Shown here piece after piece: positions 53,636 to 62,111 of a stretch of DNA of 64,000 nucleotides. Position numbers and translations under genes: made by a program. Source of the DNA: an uncultured Gammaproteobacteria bacterium (GTDB lineage: Bacteria; Pseudomonadota; Gammaproteobacteria; Eutrophobiales; Eutrophobiaceae); contig CAXBLT010000004.1 of the NCBI GenBank assembly GCA_963976795.1, forward strand, positions 3,979 through 67,978, given 5' to 3'. The notes under the pieces were generated by a model. That model worked only from the letters and a program-made list of their open reading frames with translations. It had not been told where the DNA came from and did no database searches. Within the stretch, counting starts at the first letter, position 1. Every line of letters starts with the position of its first letter.

Positions 53636-53714
53636 GTATAACAAGAAAATCCAGCCGACCTTCGAAAGCGTCGCTTCACTCTGCTTTCTCGGCCGGCTGA
53701 TTTAAACGTTATGT
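53636..53714 (+). other. attC site 4 (79 bp)
   Basis: GTATAAC..ATCCAGCCGACC / GGCCGGCTGAT..GTTATGT. Confidence 0.8.
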
Positions 53715-53760
53715 GTTTCTTGCTGTCGGGTAACTTTTAGCTTCTAACGGTGCAAGGGAA

Positions 53761-55785
53761 ATGAAAAAAATCGATTTTCATATTCATACAATCCCATCGG
53801 TACGAGATGCTCATTTCGTATTTAGCATGGACACGCTTACAAGCTATGTCCTTGAACGAAAATTAGACGCTATTGCGATTACGAATCACGACCTTTTTGA
53901 TATCGCACAATTTTCCCAAATTGCAGAAATACTCGAGGTGCCTGTTTTCCCAGGCATTGAGATAAATATGCAATCAGGGCATTTGTTAGTTATTGATGAC
54001 ATAAACCGTTTGGAAGAATTTCAGGAGAAGGCAGATAAAATTCGCGCGATCGTTAAGAAAGTCGAAGACTATGTCACATTTGATAAATTGATCGAAATCT
54101 ATGGTGATTTAGGAGAGTATTTGGTCATTCCCCATTATCAAAAGAAACCTGCTATCTCGGGAGATGAGCTTAATTGGATACTACCTTATGCATTCGCTGG
54201 TGAAGTTGATTCTCCGAAAAAGTTTGTCAGAATGTGGAACGATTCTAACCAACCCACACCAGTACTTTTCAGTGATATGAGAATAAAGGAGAACCTAACC
54301 AAGTTTTCTAGTAGGTCTACCAGTATTGATTGCGGCGAATTGACTGTAAAAAAAATAAAATTATGCCTTAAAGATAAAGCGAAGGTTCTTCTATCGCCCA
54401 AAGATGGAAACAAACTATTCGAAGCGCTTCCGAATGGCCAGATGATTTCTACCGGGCTTAATGTTGTCCTGGGAGGCCGGTCAACAGGTAAAACTGTAAC
54501 GTTAGAAAAAATTGCCGAACAGATGTATGACCCACTGCATATTGAACAATTTGATTTGGTCCAAAAAGAGGAGGAGCTAGACAAACGGTTATTTGAAGAG
54601 GCCGTGACACGCGATAAATCTCATGTGGAAGAAAATCACCTGCGACCATTCAAAGAAGTGGTAGATAGTGTTTTGAGTATCGATATAGCTGAAAACGAAA
54701 AAGACGTTTCCAACTACATTGCGACACTAATGAAATCGGCATCTGAAACCGCGCTAAGAGATACATTTTCAAATACCGCTCTTTTCGAAGAAACTACATT
54801 CCCAGTCACTTCCGATGACACGTTGAAAGCGTTAATACGGTCGGTTCAGCAGCTTATTGCAAACGCGGATTATAAAAAGATCATCGAGAAATACGTCGAT
54901 AGATCAAAACTGAGAGAACTAGCTTGCGAGTTGATTGAAGAGAGATGGCGCCAAGAAGATGAAATAAGTCAGAAAACTGAGGTAAATTCACTAATAAATG
55001 AGATTAAGCAAGAATTAGATCTCAAATCCGCAGTTGCACCGATTAGCTCCGTTGACTTATATGGCGTAACTCTAGATCAAATTAGGATTGATAGGTTTAC
55101 TGAGATCGTCAAGCTTTTAAAATTCGAGAAGGATATACACGATGAAAAAATTCAAAACTTTAGGGTTGTGGCAAAGAGAAGCCCATTTAAAGGTGCTCAA
55201 GAATTACATGACAAATTAGCTCGCCAAGCATCTTTTTCAGCGGCGTTCAGTGTCTACAATGACCCCTATCGATATCTCCAAGAATTAAAGTGTATTTCGG
55301 CACTTCCAAAGACAGAGATTTATAAGTATTTCGCAAAAACTGACTATAAAATTCTAAATAATGATGGCATAGAAGTTTCTGGTGGAGAGCGTTCTGAGTT
55401 TAGGTTGGTCCAAAAGATAAAACGCGCCACAGTTCATGACATTCTTCTAATAGATGAACCTGAATCTGGGTTTGACAACATTTTTTTGAAATCAAATGTA
55501 AACCAAATTATTAAGGACCTTTCAAAGACACTACCTGTAGTAATTGTCACTCATAATAGCACCATAGGGGCTTCAATCGGGGCGGACTACTTTCTCCACA
55601 CTTCGAAGGAATACGATGACGGCAAAGCTATTTTCAAAATTTATTCAGGCTATCCCGCAGACACTTACTTAACATCAATCGATGGGGCTAGTATTGAAAA
55701 TTACTCATCAACTATAAACGCACTAGAAGCCGGAGCGGACGCTTACAAAGCCAGGAACGAATTCTATGAGAATATTAAAAATTGA
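53761..55785 (+). CDS. cassette 5 gene A: PHP-domain phosphoesterase fused to ABC/SMC-like P-loop ATPase (674 aa)
   Basis: PHP motifs DFHIHT, AITNHD, PGIEI, HLLVID, IPHY, FSDMR. Walker A GGRSTGKT (54472-54495), signature-like SGGER (55378-55392), Walker B ILLIDEPESGFD (55441-55476), VTHN. Confidence 0.85.
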   Translation: MKKIDFHIHTIPSVRDAHFVFSMDTLTSYVLERKLDAIAITNHDLFDIAQFSQIAEILEVPVFPGIEINMQSGHLLVIDDINRLEEFQEKADKIRAIVKKVEDYVTFDKLIEIYGDLGEYLVIPHYQKKPAISGDELNWILPYAFAGEVDSPKKFVRMWNDSNQPTPVLFSDMRIKENLTKFSSRSTSIDCGELTVKKIKLCLKDKAKVLLSPKDGNKLFEALPNGQMISTGLNVVLGGRSTGKTVTLEKIAEQMYDPLHIEQFDLVQKEEELDKRLFEEAVTRDKSHVEENHLRPFKEVVDSVLSIDIAENEKDVSNYIATLMKSASETALRDTFSNTALFEETTFPVTSDDTLKALIRSVQQLIANADYKKIIEKYVDRSKLRELACELIEERWRQEDEISQKTEVNSLINEIKQELDLKSAVAPISSVDLYGVTLDQIRIDRFTEIVKLLKFEKDIHDEKIQNFRVVAKRSPFKGAQELHDKLARQASFSAAFSVYNDPYRYLQELKCISALPKTEIYKYFAKTDYKILNNDGIEVSGGERSEFRLVQKIKRATVHDILLIDEPESGFDNIFLKSNVNQIIKDLSKTLPVVIVTHNSTIGASIGADYFLHTSKEYDDGKAIFKIYSGYPADTYLTSIDGASIENYSSTINALEAGADAYKARNEFYENIKN

Positions 55786-56059
55786 AGACAGCAACGGTCA
55801 CTTTAGCGTTAATGGCGAGGGGTTTGTATCTATTGATAAGCTCGACAAGGAGGGTTTACTCAATTTGGTTAAACTTGCGCTGACAGATGAGATAGAAATG
55901 GACGACTATGATTCAGAGATACTAAAGAATGAAGCTCACCGAATCATTTACAGAAGCGTACACAAAAAACTTCAAGAACTAGCTGCGCGCAAAGACGAGT
56001 TTTTTGACAAGTCAGAGAGAGAGTTTTACGAAATATACGAACACTATAAAAATTCATAG
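55766..56059 (+). CDS. cassette 5 gene B: 97-aa acidic helical protein, translationally coupled to gene A
   Basis: AGGA SD 9 nt upstream; 20-nt overlap with gene A; no recognisable domain. Confidence 0.65.
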   Translation: MRILKIEDSNGHFSVNGEGFVSIDKLDKEGLLNLVKLALTDEIEMDDYDSEILKNEAHRIIYRSVHKKLQELAARKDEFFDKSEREFYEIYEHYKNS

Positions 56060-56116
56060 TATTGGCAGTGAGTGCTGGAGTGAAATCGCACCAGTGTTGA
56101 ATTTTATCGAAGAAAC

Positions 56117-56188
56117 ACATAACAAGGGCATGCAGTGGACGCACCGCTCGCTGCGCTCGCGTTGCGCCACTGATGCCGGGCGTTATGG
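56117..56188 (+). other. attC site 5 (72 bp)
   Basis: ACATAAC..GGCATgCAGTGGaCGC / GCGCCACTGATGCC..GTTATGG. Confidence 0.8.
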
Positions 56189-56482
56189 GTTTTTAAGCTT
56201 CGGTTCAACGTCCATACTGCTGTGAAGAACACGAGCAATAAAAACAGTGCTATTTCTATTTTCATAGAAAATAATATGGCTCTCATAACAATGCTTTCTT
56301 AAGCCTGAAATAATATAGTCACAAGTAATGCCAGAAAGAGGGTTCTCTGCTAAACAATGGAACGCCAAATCCAAACCTTTAAGATAATCTATACGCTGGC
56401 TGGTTCCCCAGGTCTTTTGTGTATATGCAGCGATATTTTTCAAATCGGCCCGCGCGGCTCTGGAAACTACAAATGAGCTCAT
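56183..56482 (-). CDS. parE: cassette 6: ParE/RelE-family type II toxin
   Basis: 99 aa, ParE-like sequence; overlaps the antitoxin by 4 nt; its stop codon is the TTA of the attC5 core. Confidence 0.8.
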   Translation of the reverse strand: MSSFVVSRAARADLKNIAAYTQKTWGTSQRIDYLKGLDLAFHCLAENPLSGITCDYIISGLRKHCYESHIIFYENRNSTVFIARVLHSSMDVEPKLKNP

Positions 56483-56721
56483 TTACCAAGCTCATCATCA
56501 AGTTCCTTCATCAGGCTATCGTAACTATATTCAGTCGTACCGCTAGCTATGCCTTCCTGTATAAGAGTTCGCAATGTTTCAAGCTTTCTATCTTCATCTT
56601 CAAGTTTGCGCAAACCTGCACGAATTACTTCACTTGCAGAACCATAGCGCCCGTCAGATACTTGACGAGATATAAATTCATCAAAATGGTTGCCCAAACT
56701 AATGCTGGTATTTTTAGCCAT
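56479..56721 (-). CDS. parD: cassette 6: ParD-family (RHH) antitoxin
   Basis: MAKNTSISLGNHFDEFI...GRYGSASEVIRAGLRKLE is typical of ParD/COG3609; GAGG SD; imperfect palindrome ACCAATAT..ATATTTTGGT upstream. Confidence 0.85.
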   Translation of the reverse strand: MAKNTSISLGNHFDEFISRQVSDGRYGSASEVIRAGLRKLEDEDRKLETLRTLIQEGIASGTTEYSYDSLMKELDDELGK

Positions 56722-56767
56722 AATTTACCTCACTTATACCAATATTTACTATATTTTGGTACAACAC

Positions 56768-56858
56768 CCACAACAAGTCAATCAAGTGCGTGCGCAAAAT
56801 ACGCGCACTGGACACAAAGCTGCTTCGCATCTTTGTTCCACTTATTGAAACGTTAGAA
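56768..56858 (+). other. attC site 6 (91 bp)
   Basis: CCACAAC..TCAATcAAGTG / CACTTATTGA..GTTAGAA. Confidence 0.7.
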
Positions 56859-56864
56859 GATAAT

Positions 56865-57329
56865 ATGAACTTACTCTTAATCGTGGTACCAATTTTATCT
56901 TTCATTTTGTTCGGTTCCATTGTCGCAATTGTTGCTCCTTTTAAAATATTCTCCACAATTTACACTGATCATTTTAAAAGAGAATTATCATTCGCAATTT
57001 TTACTTTTTTGGTTCTTCCGGTTTTAATAATTACATCACTAATGAACTATCAGCTGCACCATAATTTAAATAGTGACTTTCATAATGTTGTCCGCGTTGG
57101 AGGTATATTAGATACTTATATATTTACCGTCTCCCCGGTATTTTTAGTAGTTGCTGTTCTTGTAAAGGCAAGTGGAAAGGAAGGCTTTAAATTACTCCTA
57201 TGGGGCTCACTTTTTTTAACGTTTACCTTGCCTTTAGTGCTAGTAATTTTTGGCGTTCCAATTGGTGAGTTTTTTGTGAATATGTTGTGGGATGAAGGTA
57301 TATCAGTAAGAAAGATCGTGTTTCATTAA
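56865..57329 (+). CDS. cassette 7: polytopic membrane protein (154 aa)
   Basis: MNLLLIVVPILSF... with 4-5 TM helices. The track start (56790) lies inside attC6. Confidence 0.6.
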   Translation: MNLLLIVVPILSFILFGSIVAIVAPFKIFSTIYTDHFKRELSFAIFTFLVLPVLIITSLMNYQLHHNLNSDFHNVVRVGGILDTYIFTVSPVFLVVAVLVKASGKEGFKLLLWGSLFLTFTLPLVLVIFGVPIGEFFVNMLWDEGISVRKIVFH

Positions 57330-57336
57330 ATTATCT

Positions 57337-57408
57337 TCTAACAAAAAGCTCCAGCGGACGCGCAAAAGGCGCGCTAGATCAGCGCCCGTTGCTATTAGCT
57401 GTTATGTG
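57337..57408 (+). other. attC site 7 (72 bp)
   Basis: TTCTAAC..AGCT..AGC..CGCGC / GCGCCCG..GCT..AGCT GTTATGT. Confidence 0.75.
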
Positions 57409-57453
57409 ACACCGAGCACGTGGGAAACAGCATTCGATTAGGAGCGTTAAGAT

Positions 57454-57732
57454 ATGATTAAAAAGCCATTGGCATCTGTACTTTTTTCCATGGTGATCTA
57501 GGCTCAAGTTAGTTTCGCTCAAGATCAGTCGGAACAGGATAGGAGCATGTGTAAGTACGGCGCTGATCATATGATTGAGATAGCAAAGCAATCTCTGAAT
57601 GAGAAAAGTAGTCGGCCTGAGCGTATTGAAAAACGCAGAACATTAGTCGAAGAATGGAGCACACGAATGGCTAGCGGAGAAGCCCCCTGTAGTGTTTATG
57701 CAGACATTCAAAAAGAGGCTACCACTTTCTAA
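57454..57732 (+). pseudogene. cassette 8: small secreted protein interrupted by in-frame TAG (57499-57501)
   Basis: AGGAG SD, then ATG 57454 encoding MIKKPLASVLFSMVI-TAG-AQVSFAQDQSEQ... The frame is continuous with track ORF 57547-57732. Confidence 0.6.
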
Positions 57733-57741
57733 TGCTTAGTC

Positions 57742-57802
57742 AGATAACTAGTGAAGGTTGTTGAGACGGCCGTACCGGCGGCCCCAACTGCAGGCGTTAT
57801 GA
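57742..57802 (+). other. attC site 8 (61 bp), last of array
   Basis: AGATAAC..GTTG..GGCCG / CGGCGGCCCCAAC..GTTATGA; followed directly by the core gene ndh. Confidence 0.7.
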
Positions 57803-57827
57803 TGACAGGAAGCAGACTAAATATAGT

Positions 57828-59159
57828 TTAGTGTAACTTCATCCTGGGTTTAGTCTTCTGCGTTAAGAAGTTAGCAATCGTTGTCAATGTGACGCGTATA
57901 AAGCCTTGTATTTCTACTTGATGCATTTTGTAGAGTGACCAATAAACCAGCCGTGCTAATACGCCCTCGATCATCATGCTGCCGGCTTTTTTTCCGAGTA
58001 GATTTCCCATCATGTTGCCAACAGTCGAATACCGACTTAGATTTATTAAGGAGCCGTAATCAACATACGTGTATGTGGGTAGTGGTTTGCCATCTATACG
58101 ATTCGTGACGCTTTTAACCAGCATACTCGCTTGTTGATGTGCTGCTTGAGCTCGAGGGGGGACGTTATTGTCCGTGCCTACCATTGGGCATGCGGCACAA
58201 TCGCCTAAGGCAAATATGTTTTCATCGCGTGTGGTTTCCAATGTCGTCTTGACGACGAGTTGATTCATTCTATTTGTTTCTAAACCATCAATTTCTTTTA
58301 GAAAGTCGGGAGCTTTAATACCTGCTGCCCAAACTTTTATTTCCGCCGGAATCAGCCCGCCTTTATCGGTAATAAAACCTTTTTCAGTGGCTTCACTGAT
58401 TCGATGTCCGGTTAAGACATCGACTTTAATTTCTTTTAAGGCATTTTCGGTCATTTCAGACAAGCGTTTGGGTAGGGCGGGTAACACCCTGTCGGATGCT
58501 TCAATAATGGATATACGTACATCATCTTCTGTAGATATATGATCAATACCAAAAGTAACTAATTGATTAAATGCTTCGTGCAATTCTGCGGATAGTTCAA
58601 CGCCTGTGGCGCCGGCACCGGCAATAGCGATTTTTAATTGGCCCTCACGTAGGGGTGTTGTTTGTGTATGTGCGGCATAGGCACTTCGTAACAGGTGTTG
58701 GTGAAAGACATCCGCCTCCTGGCGGGTGTCGAGTACCATACAGTGTTCTTTTATCCCCTTAATATTAAAATTATTAGTTTGGCTACCAACGGCCATGATT
58801 AATGTATCGTAATTGAATGTTCGTCTGGGAATGTATTCATCACCGTTGTCATCTAATGTCGGTGCGAGACTGATTTCTTTTTTATCTCGGTTTAAAGAGT
58901 CCATGCGCCCGAGCCTGAAGGTAAAATGATTCTTATGGGCTAACGCGAGATAACTTAATTCGTCTTCATAAGAATTCAATGTGCCGGCAGCAACTTCATG
59001 CAGTAGCGGTTTCCAAAGATGGGAGCGGGTGCAGTCTACTAATGTAACAAGGACTTTTTTCTTCTTGCCCAGTTTGTTACCAAGCATTGCGGCGAGTTCA
59101 ACGCCGCCAGCACCACCGCCAATGATGATGATATGATGTAATTTGTCTTGTGTGCTCAT
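57828..59159 (-). CDS. ndh: type II NADH:quinone oxidoreductase (NDH-2)
   Basis: Two GxGxxG dinucleotide folds (IIIGGGAGGVE, IAGAGATGVE), 443 aa. Confidence 0.9.
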   Translation of the reverse strand: MSTQDKLHHIIIIGGGAGGVELAAMLGNKLGKKKKVLVTLVDCTRSHLWKPLLHEVAAGTLNSYEDELSYLALAHKNHFTFRLGRMDSLNRDKKEISLAPTLDDNGDEYIPRRTFNYDTLIMAVGSQTNNFNIKGIKEHCMVLDTRQEADVFHQHLLRSAYAAHTQTTPLREGQLKIAIAGAGATGVELSAELHEAFNQLVTFGIDHISTEDDVRISIIEASDRVLPALPKRLSEMTENALKEIKVDVLTGHRISEATEKGFITDKGGLIPAEIKVWAAGIKAPDFLKEIDGLETNRMNQLVVKTTLETTRDENIFALGDCAACPMVGTDNNVPPRAQAAHQQASMLVKSVTNRIDGKPLPTYTYVDYGSLINLSRYSTVGNMMGNLLGKKAGSMMIEGVLARLVYWSLYKMHQVEIQGFIRVTLTTIANFLTQKTKPRMKLH

Positions 59160-59269
59160 GAGTCAGGATTATGCGAGTATTGATTTATAATTATTATTAA
59201 AATTAATTGTTGTATGAGTCCAGAGTAGGCGTTAAATTAAAATTAATCAAATCATTACAGGCATAACTA

Positions 59270-59572
59270 ATGGATAAACAAACAGAAACCGAAATCGAGG
59301 CAGCCGCTTTTCGTCAACTGGTACAACACCTGCGCGAAAACACGGAAGTACAAAATATTGACCTTATGAATTTGGCAAATTTTTGTCGAAATTGTTTGTC
59401 AAAATGGTATCTAGCCGCAGCAGAAGAGAAAGGACTAGATATGGATTATGACCAAGCTCGAGAAATTATTTATGGCATGCCATATTCAGAATGGAAGCAA
59501 CGCCATCAAAGTGAAGCAAGCGTAGAACAAAAGCAGAAATTTGATGAGGTAATCAGTCAGACGGATCAATAG
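59270..59572 (+). CDS. DUF1244 family protein
   Basis: 100 aa with the FCRNCLSKWY motif, as I recall for DUF1244. Confidence 0.65.
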   Translation: MDKQTETEIEAAAFRQLVQHLRENTEVQNIDLMNLANFCRNCLSKWYLAAAEEKGLDMDYDQAREIIYGMPYSEWKQRHQSEASVEQKQKFDEVISQTDQ

Positions 59573-60510
59573 ACAGGTGTAACGCGATAATTCTTATCAC
59601 TGAGTCTTTGTAGCAAGCCTTTCTCATCAGCTAGATGAGATGCGCCAACGGCAACAAAGACATTTCCTTTGTTGAATGCCTTTTCTATTCTTTCAAGCAT
59701 TCTAATATTTCGATCGTACAACACCCGTTGCATAAAACGGTCGAAAACGGCTTCGTCATAATGAGCCTGCTTATTGAATGCAACCAATCCAGCGAGATCA
59801 CGGTTGAGATAGAGATCGACCAGATTTTTGGTTCCCTGGATTATTTTATCGTGATTACAGATAGTATCTTTGAGGATGGTTAACTGGTCTTCAGTTGTTA
59901 ATGCATCTAACGTAGAAAGTATTTCTTGCATTGTTTCGAGCGATTTTATTTCAAGCATGTATTGTTGTGCTGCGTTCAATAAATTGCTTTCCAAAGTTGG
60001 TGCTCTAACCGGTATTGGTCTTCCAACAAGGCTAAAAGCGGCCCAGGGTTTTAGATGTTTCAGTTGTTCTGGGGCAATACCATAGTCATTTATCCAGCGC
60101 TTTAACTCATTAAAAACGGCTGTTTCAAGCATATTATCCAGTTGTTGACCATCTTTGAAATACATCATATTTATAAAACTCTGATTAGCTTCTGCATTTG
60201 GTATGGTTTCCAGTATCAATGTTTTACTTTTGGCCAAAGCCAGTCGTACCTCAGGTGGAAATTTACTTACAGCATAATCTTGTGAATGCATGGTGCCGAA
60301 TAGGTAATTAAGCTTTCCATCCGGGGTTTCTATTTTCCAAAGTAAGCCTTTATCGTATGGACTGGCTTGATTTGGCGTTACATTCTCGTTGGATTCAATG
60401 GGGAATGACCTGAAATCTTCACAGACGTCAGATAAACCGGGGGCCGCATAGCAAGTTACAGGAATTATCAACAGACAAAACAGGCAAATAACTATATTAT
60501 TCATGGACAT
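59566..60510 (-). CDS. TraB/GumN family protein, secreted
   Basis: Signal peptide, LLWKIE....YLFGTMH motif, GASHL near the C-terminus. Confidence 0.8.
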   Translation of the reverse strand: MSMNNIVICLFCLLIIPVTCYAAPGLSDVCEDFRSFPIESNENVTPNQASPYDKGLLWKIETPDGKLNYLFGTMHSQDYAVSKFPPEVRLALAKSKTLILETIPNAEANQSFINMMYFKDGQQLDNMLETAVFNELKRWINDYGIAPEQLKHLKPWAAFSLVGRPIPVRAPTLESNLLNAAQQYMLEIKSLETMQEILSTLDALTTEDQLTILKDTICNHDKIIQGTKNLVDLYLNRDLAGLVAFNKQAHYDEAVFDRFMQRVLYDRNIRMLERIEKAFNKGNVFVAVGASHLADEKGLLQRLSDKNYRVTPVY

Positions 60511-60596
60511 AAAAAATGTTCACTTAATCGAACCAGCATTTTATATTGCCAAGTTTGAAAGAATAATAAACACGAGTAATACGGTTCCCTTTAAAC

Positions 60597-62111
60597 ATGT
60601 CATTTCAATTAATAAGGTTTAGTACTATACCCAAGTCTATGACACAAGTTTTGAAATATTATTTCATAATATTCCTGGTTTGTATTGGGCTACAGGGTTG
60701 TGCAAAACACGTCTATCAAGAAAAGCCAGTCAATTTCTCAGAGGTGTTTGCCGAAATCAATTCCTGGACAATGGATAACCCTGAGTTAAAACGTTTCCTT
60801 GAAAAGAATGGCATGTCGGCTGATGAATTGAGGAGTAATACGTTTTCTATTAATCGTTTATTTTTGACGGGTTTATTTTATGACCCTGAAATGCAAGTGG
60901 CTTACAAAAAATGGAAACAAGCTAAAATTGCCGTTGACCATAGCGACTATAAAATAAACCCACAGGTTTCATTCCCATTAGAACATCATAGCGATAATAC
61001 AGATACTTCAAATTCATGGGGTATTGGTGCTGTTTTGAGCTTTATTTACGAACGCAAGAGTAAACAAGAAGCAAGGAAATCTAAAGCAGAAGTGAGGCTG
61101 TTTAATGCGAGTTTGAAGATAAACCAACTTGCGCTAGAGCGTTATGGTTTATTTGAAGAGCGATACCATCAATATATCATCCAGCAGGCGACTATCTCTG
61201 AGTTAAGAAATGAAATAAATGTGTTAAAAGAACTATTAGCACAGTTGCAAAATCAATTTGAACTGGGTGCTGTGAGCCAGTTTGAATTGAACAGCATAAA
61301 GTTAGAGCTGCAACAAAGCGCATTTCAGTTAACTGTTCAAGAAAATAAGTTGCAAGATCGAGTGGATGAATTATTGGCTATGACCCACTTGTCGTATTCA
61401 GAACTAAAGGACATTAATATAAAGGCTATTTCGCCTTTGTTATTCGCGAATTCGGAATTTCATGAGTCGGAATATATTTCGACTGCGTTCCCGGATCTAC
61501 AGAAGATAATGTTAGAGAACCATTTAGGTATGGCAATTACATTAAACCAATATGCTTTGTCTGAAGCTGATCTTCGCTTGGAGATCGAAAATCAATATCC
61601 CGATATCGTATTGTCACCGGGGTTTATCTTTGACCAATCCGATAATATATGGGCGCTAGGTGCATCATGGGTGCTACCGCTTTTTGAAAATACAGAACAA
61701 AACCTGAATATATTAACTGCGCTTGAAGAGCGCAAAATAAACCAGCAAAAAATAATTGTATTACAAAAAGAATTATTAAGTGCCTTGTATAAAGTGCACC
61801 GCTCAATATTGCGCCAGAAAAATGCCATTCAAATAAGCGATGAAATTATTAATTCGATAGAACAACGTGCGAAACAGATAAAAGCCCAAATAGATATTGG
61901 CGGAATGGATAACGTTGCATTATTGAGAAACAGGAAAGAATTTTATAAAGCAAGGCAAGAGCAAATTACAGTTTACAATAATGCGATTAATGCCATTCTG
62001 GAAATGGACCACTTATTGCAAAGCTCGCATTCAGAATTAAATATAAATGATGTTGTAGCCTTATGGTTAAAACAGATTGAAGAGAGAAACAATGATGAAT
62101 TGGTTAACTAA
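60597..62111 (+). CDS. efflux outer-membrane factor (TolC/CzcC family) lipoprotein
   Basis: Lipobox LQGC; two coiled-coil/beta repeats. The true start may be ATG 60639. Confidence 0.8.
   Translation: MSFQLIRFSTIPKSMTQVLKYYFIIFLVCIGLQGCAKHVYQEKPVNFSEVFAEINSWTMDNPELKRFLEKNGMSADELRSNTFSINRLFLTGLFYDPEMQVAYKKWKQAKIAVDHSDYKINPQVSFPLEHHSDNTDTSNSWGIGAVLSFIYERKSKQEARKSKAEVRLFNASLKINQLALERYGLFEERYHQYIIQQATISELRNEINVLKELLAQLQNQFELGAVSQFELNSIKLELQQSAFQLTVQENKLQDRVDELLAMTHLSYSELKDINIKAISPLLFANSEFHESEYISTAFPDLQKIMLENHLGMAITLNQYALSEADLRLEIENQYPDIVLSPGFIFDQSDNIWALGASWVLPLFENTEQNLNILTALEERKINQQKIIVLQKELLSALYKVHRSILRQKNAIQISDEIINSIEQRAKQIKAQIDIGGMDNVALLRNRKEFYKARQEQITVYNNAINAILEMDHLLQSSHSELNINDVVALWLKQIEERNNDELVN

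Larger units (their letters stand above)
50787..57802. mobile_element. chromosomal integron (intI + attI + 8 cassettes)
   Basis: IntI gene divergent from an array of units, each terminated by an RYYYAAC...GTTRRRY imperfect inverted repeat. Confidence 0.85.

Noticed and set aside
56004-56856. Track ORFs 56004-56225 (+), 56104-56286 (-) and 56419-56856 (+).
   Set aside because: They cross attC5 or attC6, or are antisense to parD/parE. They are not compatible with the cassette structure.
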